In this document: in pieces, positions 51,343 to 61,093 of the stretch
How the letters are laid out: each line of letters begins with the position of its first letter
Numbering within the stretch: the stretch's first letter is position 1
Source: an uncultured Candidatus Saccharibacteria bacterium
Lineage (GTDB): Bacteria > Patescibacteriota > Saccharimonadia > Saccharimonadales > 2-12-FULL-41-12
Direction of reading: 5' to 3'
Length of the DNA stretch: 64,000 nt
NCBI GenBank assembly: GCA_947085855.1
Contig: CAMTYB010000001.1
Coordinates: 469,788 to 533,787 of the forward strand
The notes under the pieces: generated by a model
Database searches by the model: none
What the model was told of the DNA's origin: nothing
What the model saw: the letters and a program-made list of their open reading frames with translations, nothing else
Translations under genes and position numbers: made by a program

Positions 51343-53130
51343 ATGAAAAAGAATTTGATAAAGAAACTTGCGCCTGAGCATTCTAGAAGACGTAAGGTAG
51401 CAAAAAAAATCGTTGATCGTGTTAGAAGTGCACGGAAAAACCTTCCGCCATCCGAGTCTTTTTCTTACGATAATTGGATTATAAAAATGGAGCCAAAGCT
51501 TTTTGGTGGCTACAACAAAGCTTCGCTAAAAAGCACCCCCTTAATAAGTATTGTTGTGCCTTGCTACAATACCCCCTTAAAGTACCTGGAGCCTTTGGTT
51601 AGATCTGTAATTAGTCAAAAATATGAAAAGTGGGAGTTAATTTTATCTGATGGCTCGGTTGATCCCACTAAATCTCGGGCCATCCGAAAGATGAGTGACC
51701 AGGACGAACGGATAAAGTACGTAAAACTTGCCGAAAACAAAGGAATTGTTGGTAACACAAATGAAGGACTGAAGAAGGCAACAGGAGAGTTTATTGGATT
51801 TTTGGATCATGACGACATTCTTTCAGAGCATGCCTTGATCGAAGTGATCTTGGCCTTAAATAAAAATCCAGACACAGATTTGTTTTACTCCGACGAAGAT
51901 AAACTTAGCGATGACGGCAGAACTCGTTTGCTCCCGTTTTTTAAACCTGATTGGTCGCCCGACTTACTACTAGCAGTTAACTATATCACTCACTTCACAG
52001 TAGTTCGCAAGACCACTGTCGACAAAATTGGTGGACTGCGTCCTGGTTTTGACGGAGCCCAAGACTACGACTTCTTGCTAAGGGTTACGGAAATTACAGA
52101 CAAGATAGTTCATATACCCAAAATACTTTATCATTGGCGTCTTGCCGAGGGTTCGACGGCGAAACAACCTTCCGTCAAAAACTATGCAGACGCAGCTGGC
52201 CAAATGGCACTCAAAGATGCTGTTAAGCGGAGAGGAATAAATGCACAAGTTGTTGAAATTCCCGAAAGACCTACAAACTATCGCTTAAGATATGCACTTC
52301 CAAAAGAAAAGTCGCTAGTATCCATAATTATTCCGTTTAAAGATAAGGTTGAATACCTTGAGAAGTGTGTGCCTAGTATTTTGGATAAAACCACATACGT
52401 TAATTATGAAATCCTCCTCATTTCTAATGGTAGCAAAGAAGAAAAAACCCACGCCTATCTTGAAAGCATAAAACAAGACAAAAGATGCAGAGTATTGGAA
52501 TGGAACAAAAAATTTAATTACTCTGCAATAAATAATTTCGGGCGTATGAAGGCAAAAGGTGCTTACTTAGTTTTTTTAAATAACGACACAGAGATAATGT
52601 CTCCTGACTGGTTAGATGAGTTGATAGGTGTAGCGTCTCAAAAAGATACTGGAGCGGTCGGACCACTTCTGAGATACCCAGACAAGAGAATCCAACAAGC
52701 CGGAGTCATCTTAGGTATGGGAGGTATGGCTGGAAATGTATTTAGGTTCCTGTTACCTACCAACTGGACACATTTCGGTTTGCCGTGCTGGCCAAGAAAC
52801 TATCTGGCGGTTACAGGGGCGTGTCTTGCAGTGAAGGCAAGCAAGTTTGACGAGGTGGGCGGTTTCGACGAGAAGCTTACTATTGGCGGCAACGATGTCT
52901 CTTTGGGTATAAAATTATTTGAGGCCGGGTACAGAAATATTTTTTGGCCATTTGCGGAATTAATACATTATGAAAATGTGTCGGTAGGTCCTTATAGTTC
53001 CAGTGTGCCAATAGGTGACTATAATAGATCCTTAGAGTACTATCGTCCTTACCATGAAAATGGTGATCCGTATTTTAATCCAAATCTTGATTTAATGAAC
53101 GAGCAAATTGGCATGAAGGGTAGTAAGTAA
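51343..53130 (+). CDS. bifunctional glycosyltransferase with two GT2 domains
   Basis: Domain 1 has 'ISIVVPCYNTP' and 'FLDHDDIL'. Domain 2 has 'VSIIIPFKDK' and 'VFLNNDTEI'. Confidence 0.85.
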   Translation: MKKNLIKKLAPEHSRRRKVAKKIVDRVRSARKNLPPSESFSYDNWIIKMEPKLFGGYNKASLKSTPLISIVVPCYNTPLKYLEPLVRSVISQKYEKWELILSDGSVDPTKSRAIRKMSDQDERIKYVKLAENKGIVGNTNEGLKKATGEFIGFLDHDDILSEHALIEVILALNKNPDTDLFYSDEDKLSDDGRTRLLPFFKPDWSPDLLLAVNYITHFTVVRKTTVDKIGGLRPGFDGAQDYDFLLRVTEITDKIVHIPKILYHWRLAEGSTAKQPSVKNYADAAGQMALKDAVKRRGINAQVVEIPERPTNYRLRYALPKEKSLVSIIIPFKDKVEYLEKCVPSILDKTTYVNYEILLISNGSKEEKTHAYLESIKQDKRCRVLEWNKKFNYSAINNFGRMKAKGAYLVFLNNDTEIMSPDWLDELIGVASQKDTGAVGPLLRYPDKRIQQAGVILGMGGMAGNVFRFLLPTNWTHFGLPCWPRNYLAVTGACLAVKASKFDEVGGFDEKLTIGGNDVSLGIKLFEAGYRNIFWPFAELIHYENVSVGPYSSSVPIGDYNRSLEYYRPYHENGDPYFNPNLDLMNEQIGMKGSK

Positions 53131-53131
53131 G

Positions 53132-54448
53132 ATGGTAAGAAAATTTAAAAAAGCAGTATGGACATTAAAAGAAGAAGGCATAAGGGAATTCCTTAGAAAA
53201 TTACTTATTTTTTTCAAATGGGCGGCTCGTAATATCCACTATAGGCTCAATAAGTATCTACCTGTTTTCTTAAGAGCTAACAAAAGTCAGTATGATCATG
53301 ATTTTCTATATCTTAATAACTCATTGTTTAAAATAGGGGCAGATGATCTTAAGTTGAGCAAGGAAGTCCAGCTCTCTAAGAAGCCAAAAAAAATAAAAAC
53401 AGCAACTTGGTTTGTGCCATATTTCAATCACTTAAGCTTCGGTGGTATATATACTATATTTCGTTTCATAGATTACTTTTCTGCGCAGGGTGTGCAAAAT
53501 CGCATCATCATATATGACAATCCAAGTGTGGACAAGGAGAAGATGCGCTCGGAGATATCGAAAGCATTCCCCGGCTTGTCCGATGTCGAATTAGTAATAT
53601 TTAATCCGGCGTCCGATAGCGTATCAGATCTTCCAGCTACGGACATCGCTGTCTGCACGTTTTGGGTATCAGCCTATTATTTGCTTAGGTTCAATAAGAC
53701 AAAAAGGAAGTACTATTTTGTCCAAGATTACGAACCACTCTTTTATGAAGGTGGTTCAACTTATGCTCTTGCAGAATCAACGTATCGCTTTGGTTTCTCT
53801 GGTATTGTAAACACTCCAGGTTTGTTGAGGGCAGTAAATCAGAGGCACGGCATGGAGGGAGTAAGCTTTACTCCGGCTGTCGACTCAAGGTTTTATTTCC
53901 CGTCTAAAAATCAGAAAAATAATAAGAAGATTAAAATATTTTTCTACGCTCGTCCTAACAATCCTCGAAATGCCTTCTACTTAGGCATCATGATAATAAA
54001 AGAACTCCTAGATAAGTATGAAGATCAGATTGAAATCGTAACAGCCGGAGCTGAGTGGAAAGAAGGCCACTATGACTTGAAAGGCAGGATCAATAACCTT
54101 GGCCTACTAAAGAGCTTGGATGATGTGGGTGAGCTCTATAGAACCTGTGACATAGGTTTTGTTTACATGCTTTCAAAACATCCTTCATACCAACCATTTG
54201 AGTTTATGGCTAGCGGTGTGGCAACAGTGACAAATAACAACGAGGATAATTTGTGGTTCCTGAGAGACGGCACAAACTGTCTAATTGCTGAGCCTTCTCC
54301 TTCCGCCATGGCAGAAAAAATAGGTTGGCTAATCGAAGATGCCAAGTTGCGTAAGAAGATCCAGGAGGGCGGTTATGACACTGTTAGCACTGACTGGGAC
54401 GCCCAGACGTCAATTATCTGGAACGATATATGTAAATCAAATAGGTAA
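53132..54448 (+). CDS. GT-B-fold glycosyltransferase (WsaF/GT4-like)
   Basis: 438 aa with C-terminal 'PSYQPFEFMASGVATVTNN' resembling the GT-B donor-binding motif. Lies inside the glycan locus. Confidence 0.5.
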   Translation: MVRKFKKAVWTLKEEGIREFLRKLLIFFKWAARNIHYRLNKYLPVFLRANKSQYDHDFLYLNNSLFKIGADDLKLSKEVQLSKKPKKIKTATWFVPYFNHLSFGGIYTIFRFIDYFSAQGVQNRIIIYDNPSVDKEKMRSEISKAFPGLSDVELVIFNPASDSVSDLPATDIAVCTFWVSAYYLLRFNKTKRKYYFVQDYEPLFYEGGSTYALAESTYRFGFSGIVNTPGLLRAVNQRHGMEGVSFTPAVDSRFYFPSKNQKNNKKIKIFFYARPNNPRNAFYLGIMIIKELLDKYEDQIEIVTAGAEWKEGHYDLKGRINNLGLLKSLDDVGELYRTCDIGFVYMLSKHPSYQPFEFMASGVATVTNNNEDNLWFLRDGTNCLIAEPSPSAMAEKIGWLIEDAKLRKKIQEGGYDTVSTDWDAQTSIIWNDICKSNR

Positions 54449-54449
54449 C

Positions 54450-55289
54450 TTATCTACTTGTAAACTTCAAGGGTTTTGAGAATTGTGCCAGACGTTCGCG
54501 GCGGGACATTTTCTGCAGTATCAGTATGTCCTGACCGTTAGAGGCCTCTTTTATGCCTGACCATCCACCGCGATGTACAAAACCGCCATGTATACCGAGA
54601 CCACCTCTATTTAACATGCTTTTAATTTTTTTAGGAGTGAAGCCGATTGCTCCTTCAGGATACTTTTCATCATTTATATACGTTTCGCTGTTAAGTTTAT
54701 GCTCAAAAGTTAGGGGGTGGCGATGCTTCTTACCTTTTCCTTTGTGGGCTAATTTTAAAGAACTCTCATCGATCACAAAGAAAGATGCCAAGACCAAGCC
54801 ATCCGGCTTAAGCACTCGGTTGAATTCTTTTAAGTAATGTACGATGTCCTTTTCGTACATATGTGTAAATACAGAGTGCAGAAAGATTCTATCAACTGTA
54901 CCGTCCTTTGCTGGTAGCTTTATGTCGGTGCTATCGATCTTGCCACCGCTGTTGTGTATCTGGCTTTGGATATCATAGTAGTGGAAAACGAAATTTTTAT
55001 GTTTCTTTGTAATATTCTGCTTACACCAATCAATGCTTGGTTTAATGATGTCGAATCCGACGTATTTTCCTTTAGGAGATAATGTGTTGGTTAACTCAAT
55101 AGCGTCACGGCCAACACCACAACCAACTTCCAGAATATTGTCGTCAGGGTTTATTGGCGTGTACTTTCGATACATTTCAGCATGATATTTTGTTATTCGA
55201 TCCCAGTCATCAGTCCCGCCACCGGTGAGAATCACTAAGTCTTCTGGAATTGAATAACCATCATATTTAAACATTTTGGGTTTAGCCAC
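54450..55289 (-). CDS. class I SAM-dependent methyltransferase
   Basis: Motif I 'ILEVGCGVGRDA' and motif post-I 'YVGFDI'. Confidence 0.75.
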   Translation of the reverse strand: MAKPKMFKYDGYSIPEDLVILTGGGTDDWDRITKYHAEMYRKYTPINPDDNILEVGCGVGRDAIELTNTLSPKGKYVGFDIIKPSIDWCKQNITKKHKNFVFHYYDIQSQIHNSGGKIDSTDIKLPAKDGTVDRIFLHSVFTHMYEKDIVHYLKEFNRVLKPDGLVLASFFVIDESSLKLAHKGKGKKHRHPLTFEHKLNSETYINDEKYPEGAIGFTPKKIKSMLNRGGLGIHGGFVHRGGWSGIKEASNGQDILILQKMSRRERLAQFSKPLKFTSR

Positions 55290-55353
55290 AGGAACCTCCG
55301 CAGTTTTAGTTAAGCCTTAATCTTACCCATACTATACTGTGCTTGCGTAGAAC

Positions 55354-57441
55354 TCAAGGGTTATAAGAGCCATTTACTGGATAGCGACTGGCTGTCAGTG
55401 GATCAACGGTAATAAGCTTGTCGTACTCGAGACCTGGATAGTTAATTGAATTCACGGTCTGGCTATTGGAGCCGTTGACACGGTAAATCTGGTGAGGGTT
55501 ATCATTTACTTTATATAATCTACCGTTCGACATGTGCATTCCACCATATGAAAATCCTGGGAGGTTTTCTACGGACCCAGACAAACGACGGATGGCTGCC
55601 GGGTTGAACCCTAATCGGAAGAAATCGTCCATAGTAGGGAAAACAAACCGTTTCTTTCCGTAAACTGTAAATATTTGTCCGCTTCCATCCGACAGATAAA
55701 CATTGCTTAGAGGAATTGCTGGCATCCCTGAAAGCATACCAGGAATAGTAAGAGCTGAATCGGTTGGCCATTGTGCTGTGTCGTTTGCCAGAGGGAGTTT
55801 GTAGCCTTTGTCGACGACATAGAAAGAATCTCCTTCTTTCGCAATTTGGGTAAGTTGGCCGCCCATCGGAAGAGGGTCCGGGGCGTTATAGCTTGCTGGC
55901 AAGTCGGTGAGGCCTTTATGCATGCCCCAATTTACGAAGGTATCTAGTGAAGCAACTGTGTTTAATTGGCCGTTATCGTAAAGATAAACTACCGGTGAGT
56001 TCGAGAAACGAACAGGGTAACCATTGCGCATTATTATTTTGCCTTCAGGCTGCAGAGCGTTAGAATCCTTCATCCATCGAACATTATTCCAGCCGCCCAA
56101 TACGTCAACGATTAATCCATCGACAATCCGGCGCTTTTTGCCACCTTCTAACTTCCAGACAGAGTTCTGGTAGGCCATCATTGGAGGTAGTGTAATGTCG
56201 TGGGCCGTTGCATTTTCTATAAATGCCTTAGGAAAACTCTTGGATACGTTTGTATTGAAGCAGTCTAGGCCCCAAGTGGTTGTTGGATTAGGAGAACCGT
56301 CAAGGTTAAAGCCGCAAGCATTACCTGGTATAGGGTAGCGCTTACCATCATCGAATAGATATAGTGGGCTGTTTGGGTCATCAGACATTTTAGCTATATT
56401 CGAAAGACTGGAATCCGTCGTGAGATTGGCGATCGTTTGATCGCTAACGACATTAACATTTTGTCTATGTAGACCCCAGGCAATCATTATATCCCAGCTA
56501 GGTATATAATATTTTTTACCGTCCCATACTGCATAAAGTTCCGTACCATTTTGTCCTTTGTATACTACAGAAAGACGCTGACCGATAATTGTTGAACCAA
56601 ACCAATCATTAAACAGCCTCCAGAAATTACGATTGCCGTATGCACTACAGCCATCCCCTGTCTCGTAGAGGTTGTCTAAGGCTGCCTGGTTGGGTCGGTA
56701 AGGTGTATAAACGTACAGTCCAGCAGTTGCTTGATTTTGCAAGTATACAGTAGAGCTTCCGCAAGCTGTATTCGGGTTATACAGAATATTGTTATTGCGG
56801 TATGCTCTGTAGCCGTAGTTGTTAGGGTTTTTTGCATAATTCTTGAACTGGCGAGCCGCATAGAAGACTTGGTAGAAGAAGCCCCCGAATGCTGGATCAC
56901 ATGGAGCGGTATCTGGGCAACCAAAGCCAGTAGCTTTTGCATATTGATTGCCCCAAGGCCAGTCATCGGTTACCAGACTTTGTTCCTTCTGTAGTAATAC
57001 GATTAACACTTGAGGGTTAATACCGCATGACTTACCAACTTCATAAATAATTTCAGCAGCAGATTTAATGCCGCCATTGTATTGGTTACATAGACCAGCC
57101 TCTGCGCCCATGGTTGGCGTGTTTTGAATATATTCCTTTAAGCAGGTGTATGGAGGGGGGTAGCCTCTGCTAGCCCCATATGCTGCCCTTGTATCGCCGC
57201 CATAAGGTTGTGAACCATTTGTGTCGCAAACAGGAACCTTAGCATTTAAGAAGGCCTGAATTTGTGAGGGTACCATTGTCGCTGAGTTGAAGAATATGTC
57301 ATCGTCAATGATTCGCCCAGCTTGAAAATCATTACCAGACAAGGCCTGAGTATGAGATGGGAGCAAAATAACAAAACTAAGGATAGAAACAAGCAGGGTA
57401 CTTGAGATTAAGTGAGCCGATTTTCTTATGCTGACGATCAT
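55354..57441 (-). CDS. secreted hypothetical protein (possible cell-wall-active N-terminal domain)
   Basis: Signal peptide 'LLVSILSFVILLPSHTQA' and conserved-looking 'CGINPQVLIVLLQKEQSLV' with several Cys. The long beta-rich C-terminus has repeated 'Y.LP/Y.IP' segments. Function not assignable by eye. Confidence 0.5.
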   Translation of the reverse strand: MIVSIRKSAHLISSTLLVSILSFVILLPSHTQALSGNDFQAGRIIDDDIFFNSATMVPSQIQAFLNAKVPVCDTNGSQPYGGDTRAAYGASRGYPPPYTCLKEYIQNTPTMGAEAGLCNQYNGGIKSAAEIIYEVGKSCGINPQVLIVLLQKEQSLVTDDWPWGNQYAKATGFGCPDTAPCDPAFGGFFYQVFYAARQFKNYAKNPNNYGYRAYRNNNILYNPNTACGSSTVYLQNQATAGLYVYTPYRPNQAALDNLYETGDGCSAYGNRNFWRLFNDWFGSTIIGQRLSVVYKGQNGTELYAVWDGKKYYIPSWDIMIAWGLHRQNVNVVSDQTIANLTTDSSLSNIAKMSDDPNSPLYLFDDGKRYPIPGNACGFNLDGSPNPTTTWGLDCFNTNVSKSFPKAFIENATAHDITLPPMMAYQNSVWKLEGGKKRRIVDGLIVDVLGGWNNVRWMKDSNALQPEGKIIMRNGYPVRFSNSPVVYLYDNGQLNTVASLDTFVNWGMHKGLTDLPASYNAPDPLPMGGQLTQIAKEGDSFYVVDKGYKLPLANDTAQWPTDSALTIPGMLSGMPAIPLSNVYLSDGSGQIFTVYGKKRFVFPTMDDFFRLGFNPAAIRRLSGSVENLPGFSYGGMHMSNGRLYKVNDNPHQIYRVNGSNSQTVNSINYPGLEYDKLITVDPLTASRYPVNGSYNP

Positions 57442-57457
57442 GCTTACTTATTTTACC

Positions 57458-57982
57458 TTACTTTATGGTTATGTTTTGTGGTGAACTTGATCCAGATGCT
57501 TTATCGGAAGAATAGTTTAGGACAACTATCCACTGTCCACCACTAGGGAATTTTGAGCGGGGAATATCTATAGCTCCGCACTGAGTTGTGGTGGCGTCTT
57601 TTTGGGCTGAGGTAGATTGCTTTATGGTTTTTTCATCTTGTGTAAAAGTTGCTGTACAGGTGCCGCCGTTTTCATAAATGTTCGAAATATATCCTCGAAC
57701 TTCAACGGTTTCAAAATATTGATTTGCATCAACTAATACAATATTGGCGGTAGTAGCAGGTTTATTGTTCTGCACAGCCTTCTCGCGTGCTTCATTAGTT
57801 GTTTTCTGCTCGTCGCCAGCTGCAGCTTCTTCTTTTGTAGGTGGTCCGTAATTTATGTTGCTATCTGGAGACTTATTGAGATTGTTATCATTCTTGAAGA
57901 AAAAAAAGTAGCCAACGATACCAGTTAGAGTCAAAACTATAACTAGAACAATAAGGATTTTTTTAGAAGCGATTTTTTTCAT
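57458..57982 (-). CDS. N-terminally anchored hypothetical protein
   Basis: 174 aa with anchor 'ILIVLVIVLTLTGIVGYFFFF' and a soluble domain carrying 2 Cys. Confidence 0.5.
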   Translation of the reverse strand: MKKIASKKILIVLVIVLTLTGIVGYFFFFKNDNNLNKSPDSNINYGPPTKEEAAAGDEQKTTNEAREKAVQNNKPATTANIVLVDANQYFETVEVRGYISNIYENGGTCTATFTQDEKTIKQSTSAQKDATTTQCGAIDIPRSKFPSGGQWIVVLNYSSDKASGSSSPQNITIK

Positions 57983-58055
57983 TTTAATTTTACAGTCATC
58001 TACTATATTATAAGCATAAAAGATCTAGAAAGTCAAAAGCAGGACAGTCTCTAAA

Positions 58056-58460
58056 CTAATTGAATATATATTTTTGGCGAACGAAAAAGTTCCAGAAAAA
58101 AGTCACTGCTATTGCCAGAATTTTTGCGAAAAATGGCAACATATTAATTATCTCAACACTGATAAATACCACAGTAATTTGTATGCCCACACCCACAATA
58201 CTAGCCAGCATAACAAACACAAATTCTTTATGTGCCTCATGTTTCGACTTTTTGAATATAAACAGGCGGCCAATATACCAGTTGAGGACTATTATAAGTA
58301 CTATGCTTGCTGGAGTTGCGATTAAGTAGTTGATTCCAAGAGTAGTGTTGAGGAATACAAAGCTTGCCAATTCCAATACAACTAAAAAGCCGGACATAAT
58401 AAAGTAACGGATAATTGACTTCTGTAATACTGATGCAAGGAAGTTTTTTGACTTACTCAT
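58056..58460 (-). CDS. GtrA-family membrane protein
   Basis: 134 aa with 4 helices and a C-terminus 'FFWNFFVRQKYIF' typical of GtrA-like proteins. 8-nt overlap with the upstream gene. Confidence 0.7.
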   Translation of the reverse strand: MSKSKNFLASVLQKSIIRYFIMSGFLVVLELASFVFLNTTLGINYLIATPASIVLIIVLNWYIGRLFIFKKSKHEAHKEFVFVMLASIVGVGIQITVVFISVEIINMLPFFAKILAIAVTFFWNFFVRQKYIFN

Positions 58461-60540
58461 ACTGCTTGAGGAATTCGTTAAATAGTTTTACGGCAGTCGC
58501 GTAGAATACGGCTACCGTTTCCGGGTTGATAGTTGCCCTATACGTGAGCATTCTGCAGTAGTGAACACCTTCGTGAAATAGGATGGACTTGTAGTCTGTA
58601 TTTGAGAGAGATTTGTGGAGTTCTTTATCTAGGAAATTGAAGAGTGCTTCATATTTCTGCGACTTTGATTCCTCGAATGAAATACTGTTATTTTTTATTT
58701 CGCACCGCTCAAGTTGTATTAAGAATTCGTAACCCGAATTAAGTGATTGATAGAGTTTACCATAGTCAACAACTGCAGATGAGACTTGATTTTCGTTATT
58801 TGGGTCTATAATCATGAAGTCGCCTTCACCAGAGACTATAAGATTATCTATAGTCAGGTCGCCGTGGATAGGGCTTTGGCTGTAGCTTGCCAAATCCTGC
58901 ATGGCTGCTTCGTTTTTTTTAATTTTCTCGATGATTTGCAGCATGTTGTCATAAGATTTACCGTTAACACTTAGTTTTTTATGAGCTACGATATGACTAA
59001 TATCACCATTTATGTTGACTGTGTCAGTGACTTTGCCTAGAATTTTACTTTTAATATATTTATCTAAATTATTTCGCTTGTCCTCGCCTTCGGTAGGCCT
59101 GTAAATGTTCTTGTTCATAAAACTGAGTACCTTTTTGAGAACGGCTGAGTTTTCTGCTGACGTATGGCTATGGATATATTCAAAAAACGGAAAATAGTCT
59201 TCGTGATAGGCTAAATCAAATGAGTAGTAATGATCTGTTTTTTCTTGCTCAACAACCTTGGGAAGATTTGATAAGTCCTTATAATCGATCAGCCAGTTGG
59301 CTTGCGCTTCGAGTTTATCAGCATACTGTTTGAGAGTTATTTTCTTAACCCTCATCTCATTATTTTGCCAAACTAGCATAGTGTGAGCGTTCGAACCGCC
59401 TTTAAATGACTTAATAAGCCTGAAGGCGTCATTAAGTTCAGCCTCTGTTAAGATTTTATTGATTCGCTCGCCTTTAAAATATGCATCAAGGAAGTGTCTA
59501 AACTCCGAGCTTATATCATTCTCACGGTAAAGTTTGTTTATGAGAGTTTCTTGTTTAGGTGCTTCCTTCTTCTCTCCTACTTTTTGTCGCGCAAGTACGT
59601 AAAGCCCGATTAGTGAGATAGGTGCGACCAGTATGACCCAGGTTAATACGGCAAAACCACCAGCCGACACAATACCAATTTTTTCTACTTGAGATGTGAC
59701 AATGGAGAAGAAAGTACCTATGTATCCTGGCCCAATTGGAGTTCCGACTCCTGCAAAACAAGACTGTATAACATACCATAACTCGTCAAATTGCAGTGCC
59801 TTAAAAAAGGCTAACGCAATACTAGCGATGGATCCGAAGTATATGATCCACATTGCAATAGATGCGAAATAATATTTTCTCAACCTACGCTTATCACTGA
59901 GCATTAGTTTGATGCCGTATATACCAGACCAAGCCATTAGTCTAATACGACTGGAAATGCGATCATTAAAGATCCCACTGAATGAATGAATCGTACGAAG
60001 AAGAAGCTTGTTTTCGGAACCAAGGAAAAGCAAAGTGATTAACAAGACTACTGATACGACTACTATTCCAATGCCGATTTGTGTCATTAAACCATGTGCA
60101 CTTTCTGAAGATCCCTTAATGAGTAGTCCGCTAATAAAGAAACACGCTCCGAGTATAAATCCGTCTATTACTCTTTCGAAAATAATAGCCATGAAAACGG
60201 TCGTCTTACTGACAGAAAGTGCGTCTCCAGTGTAAAAGGCTCGAATAAACTCGCCGAGCCGTAGGGGCAGCAAACTGTTAAAAAGATTTCCGACTGCCAA
60301 GCCTTTAAAGAGTGTGATGCTACTACTCTCTCTTATATTATCGAGCAAATACTTTGACTTTGCTGCTCGAACGTAGTGAGCAGTTATTTGCAAAGTGACT
60401 GCAAGTGCAATGAGTACAAAAAACCCAGTACTTAATTGCGCTCCAATATCATGTTTTTCGTTCAGGAAGTCTATAAAGTAGGTGACCCCAAAGTATAGAC
60501 TTATCAATAGCAGTCCAAAAAAGAATAGCCTTAACTTCAT
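58453..60540 (-). CDS. fusion of a flippase-like/LPG-synthase-TM-like polytopic domain with a choline/aminoglycoside-kinase-like phosphotransferase
   Basis: The N-terminal ~330 aa are polytopic, with 'PLRLGEFIRAFY'. The C-terminal domain has Brenner motif 'IHGDLTIDNLIV' (HxDxxxxN) and 'MIIDPN'. Confidence 0.6.
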   Translation of the reverse strand: MKLRLFFFGLLLISLYFGVTYFIDFLNEKHDIGAQLSTGFFVLIALAVTLQITAHYVRAAKSKYLLDNIRESSSITLFKGLAVGNLFNSLLPLRLGEFIRAFYTGDALSVSKTTVFMAIIFERVIDGFILGACFFISGLLIKGSSESAHGLMTQIGIGIVVVSVVLLITLLFLGSENKLLLRTIHSFSGIFNDRISSRIRLMAWSGIYGIKLMLSDKRRLRKYYFASIAMWIIYFGSIASIALAFFKALQFDELWYVIQSCFAGVGTPIGPGYIGTFFSIVTSQVEKIGIVSAGGFAVLTWVILVAPISLIGLYVLARQKVGEKKEAPKQETLINKLYRENDISSEFRHFLDAYFKGERINKILTEAELNDAFRLIKSFKGGSNAHTMLVWQNNEMRVKKITLKQYADKLEAQANWLIDYKDLSNLPKVVEQEKTDHYYSFDLAYHEDYFPFFEYIHSHTSAENSAVLKKVLSFMNKNIYRPTEGEDKRNNLDKYIKSKILGKVTDTVNINGDISHIVAHKKLSVNGKSYDNMLQIIEKIKKNEAAMQDLASYSQSPIHGDLTIDNLIVSGEGDFMIIDPNNENQVSSAVVDYGKLYQSLNSGYEFLIQLERCEIKNNSISFEESKSQKYEALFNFLDKELHKSLSNTDYKSILFHEGVHYCRMLTYRATINPETVAVFYATAVKLFNEFLKQYE

Positions 60541-61091
60541 ATTTTAATCCTAACTACCTCGCCACCAGCTGCCTTGGCTGCCTCTACGCCTATGTCGCTA
60601 TCTTCAAATATTACACATGCTGAAGGGTCCACATCTATTGCATCGATTGCTTTTTTGTAGCATTCCATATGTGGCTTGCCGTGTGTTACGTTTTCGCCCG
60701 TGATTATTACATCGAACAAATCAGCAGATATATCATAATGAGTCAGTACATTTTCGACGTTAACTCTACTAGCAGTCGTTACAAGCGCAGTATAATAGCT
60801 TGGTCTAATTAGTCGCAGAAAGCTAATTAGACGCTCATTTGGCTTAACTAATGACAAATTTTCTTTGTATGCCTCAGCTTTACGTTCTTTAATTCTTTTT
60901 CTTGTTGATTCATCAGTGTTTGGTGCTAAGCGATCCATCATTTCTGGAAAGCGAAGGCCAAATGCGTGTCTGTACTTACTTTCATCGAAATGTAAGCCTT
61001 CAGCCTGAAATGCCTCAGCGTAAGAAGCGATGTTTGCCTCAGCAGAGTCAAACAGTGTACCGTCAAAGTCAAATAAGAAACACTTGAACAT
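60537..61091 (-). CDS. HAD-superfamily phosphatase (beta-PGM-like subfamily)
   Basis: Motif I 'FLFDFDGTLFDS', motif II 'ALVTTAS', motif IV 'VIFEDSDIGVEAAKAAG'. Confidence 0.8.
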   Translation of the reverse strand: MFKCFLFDFDGTLFDSAEANIASYAEAFQAEGLHFDESKYRHAFGLRFPEMMDRLAPNTDESTRKRIKERKAEAYKENLSLVKPNERLISFLRLIRPSYYTALVTTASRVNVENVLTHYDISADLFDVIITGENVTHGKPHMECYKKAIDAIDVDPSACVIFEDSDIGVEAAKAAGGEVVRIKI

Positions 61092-61093
61092 GG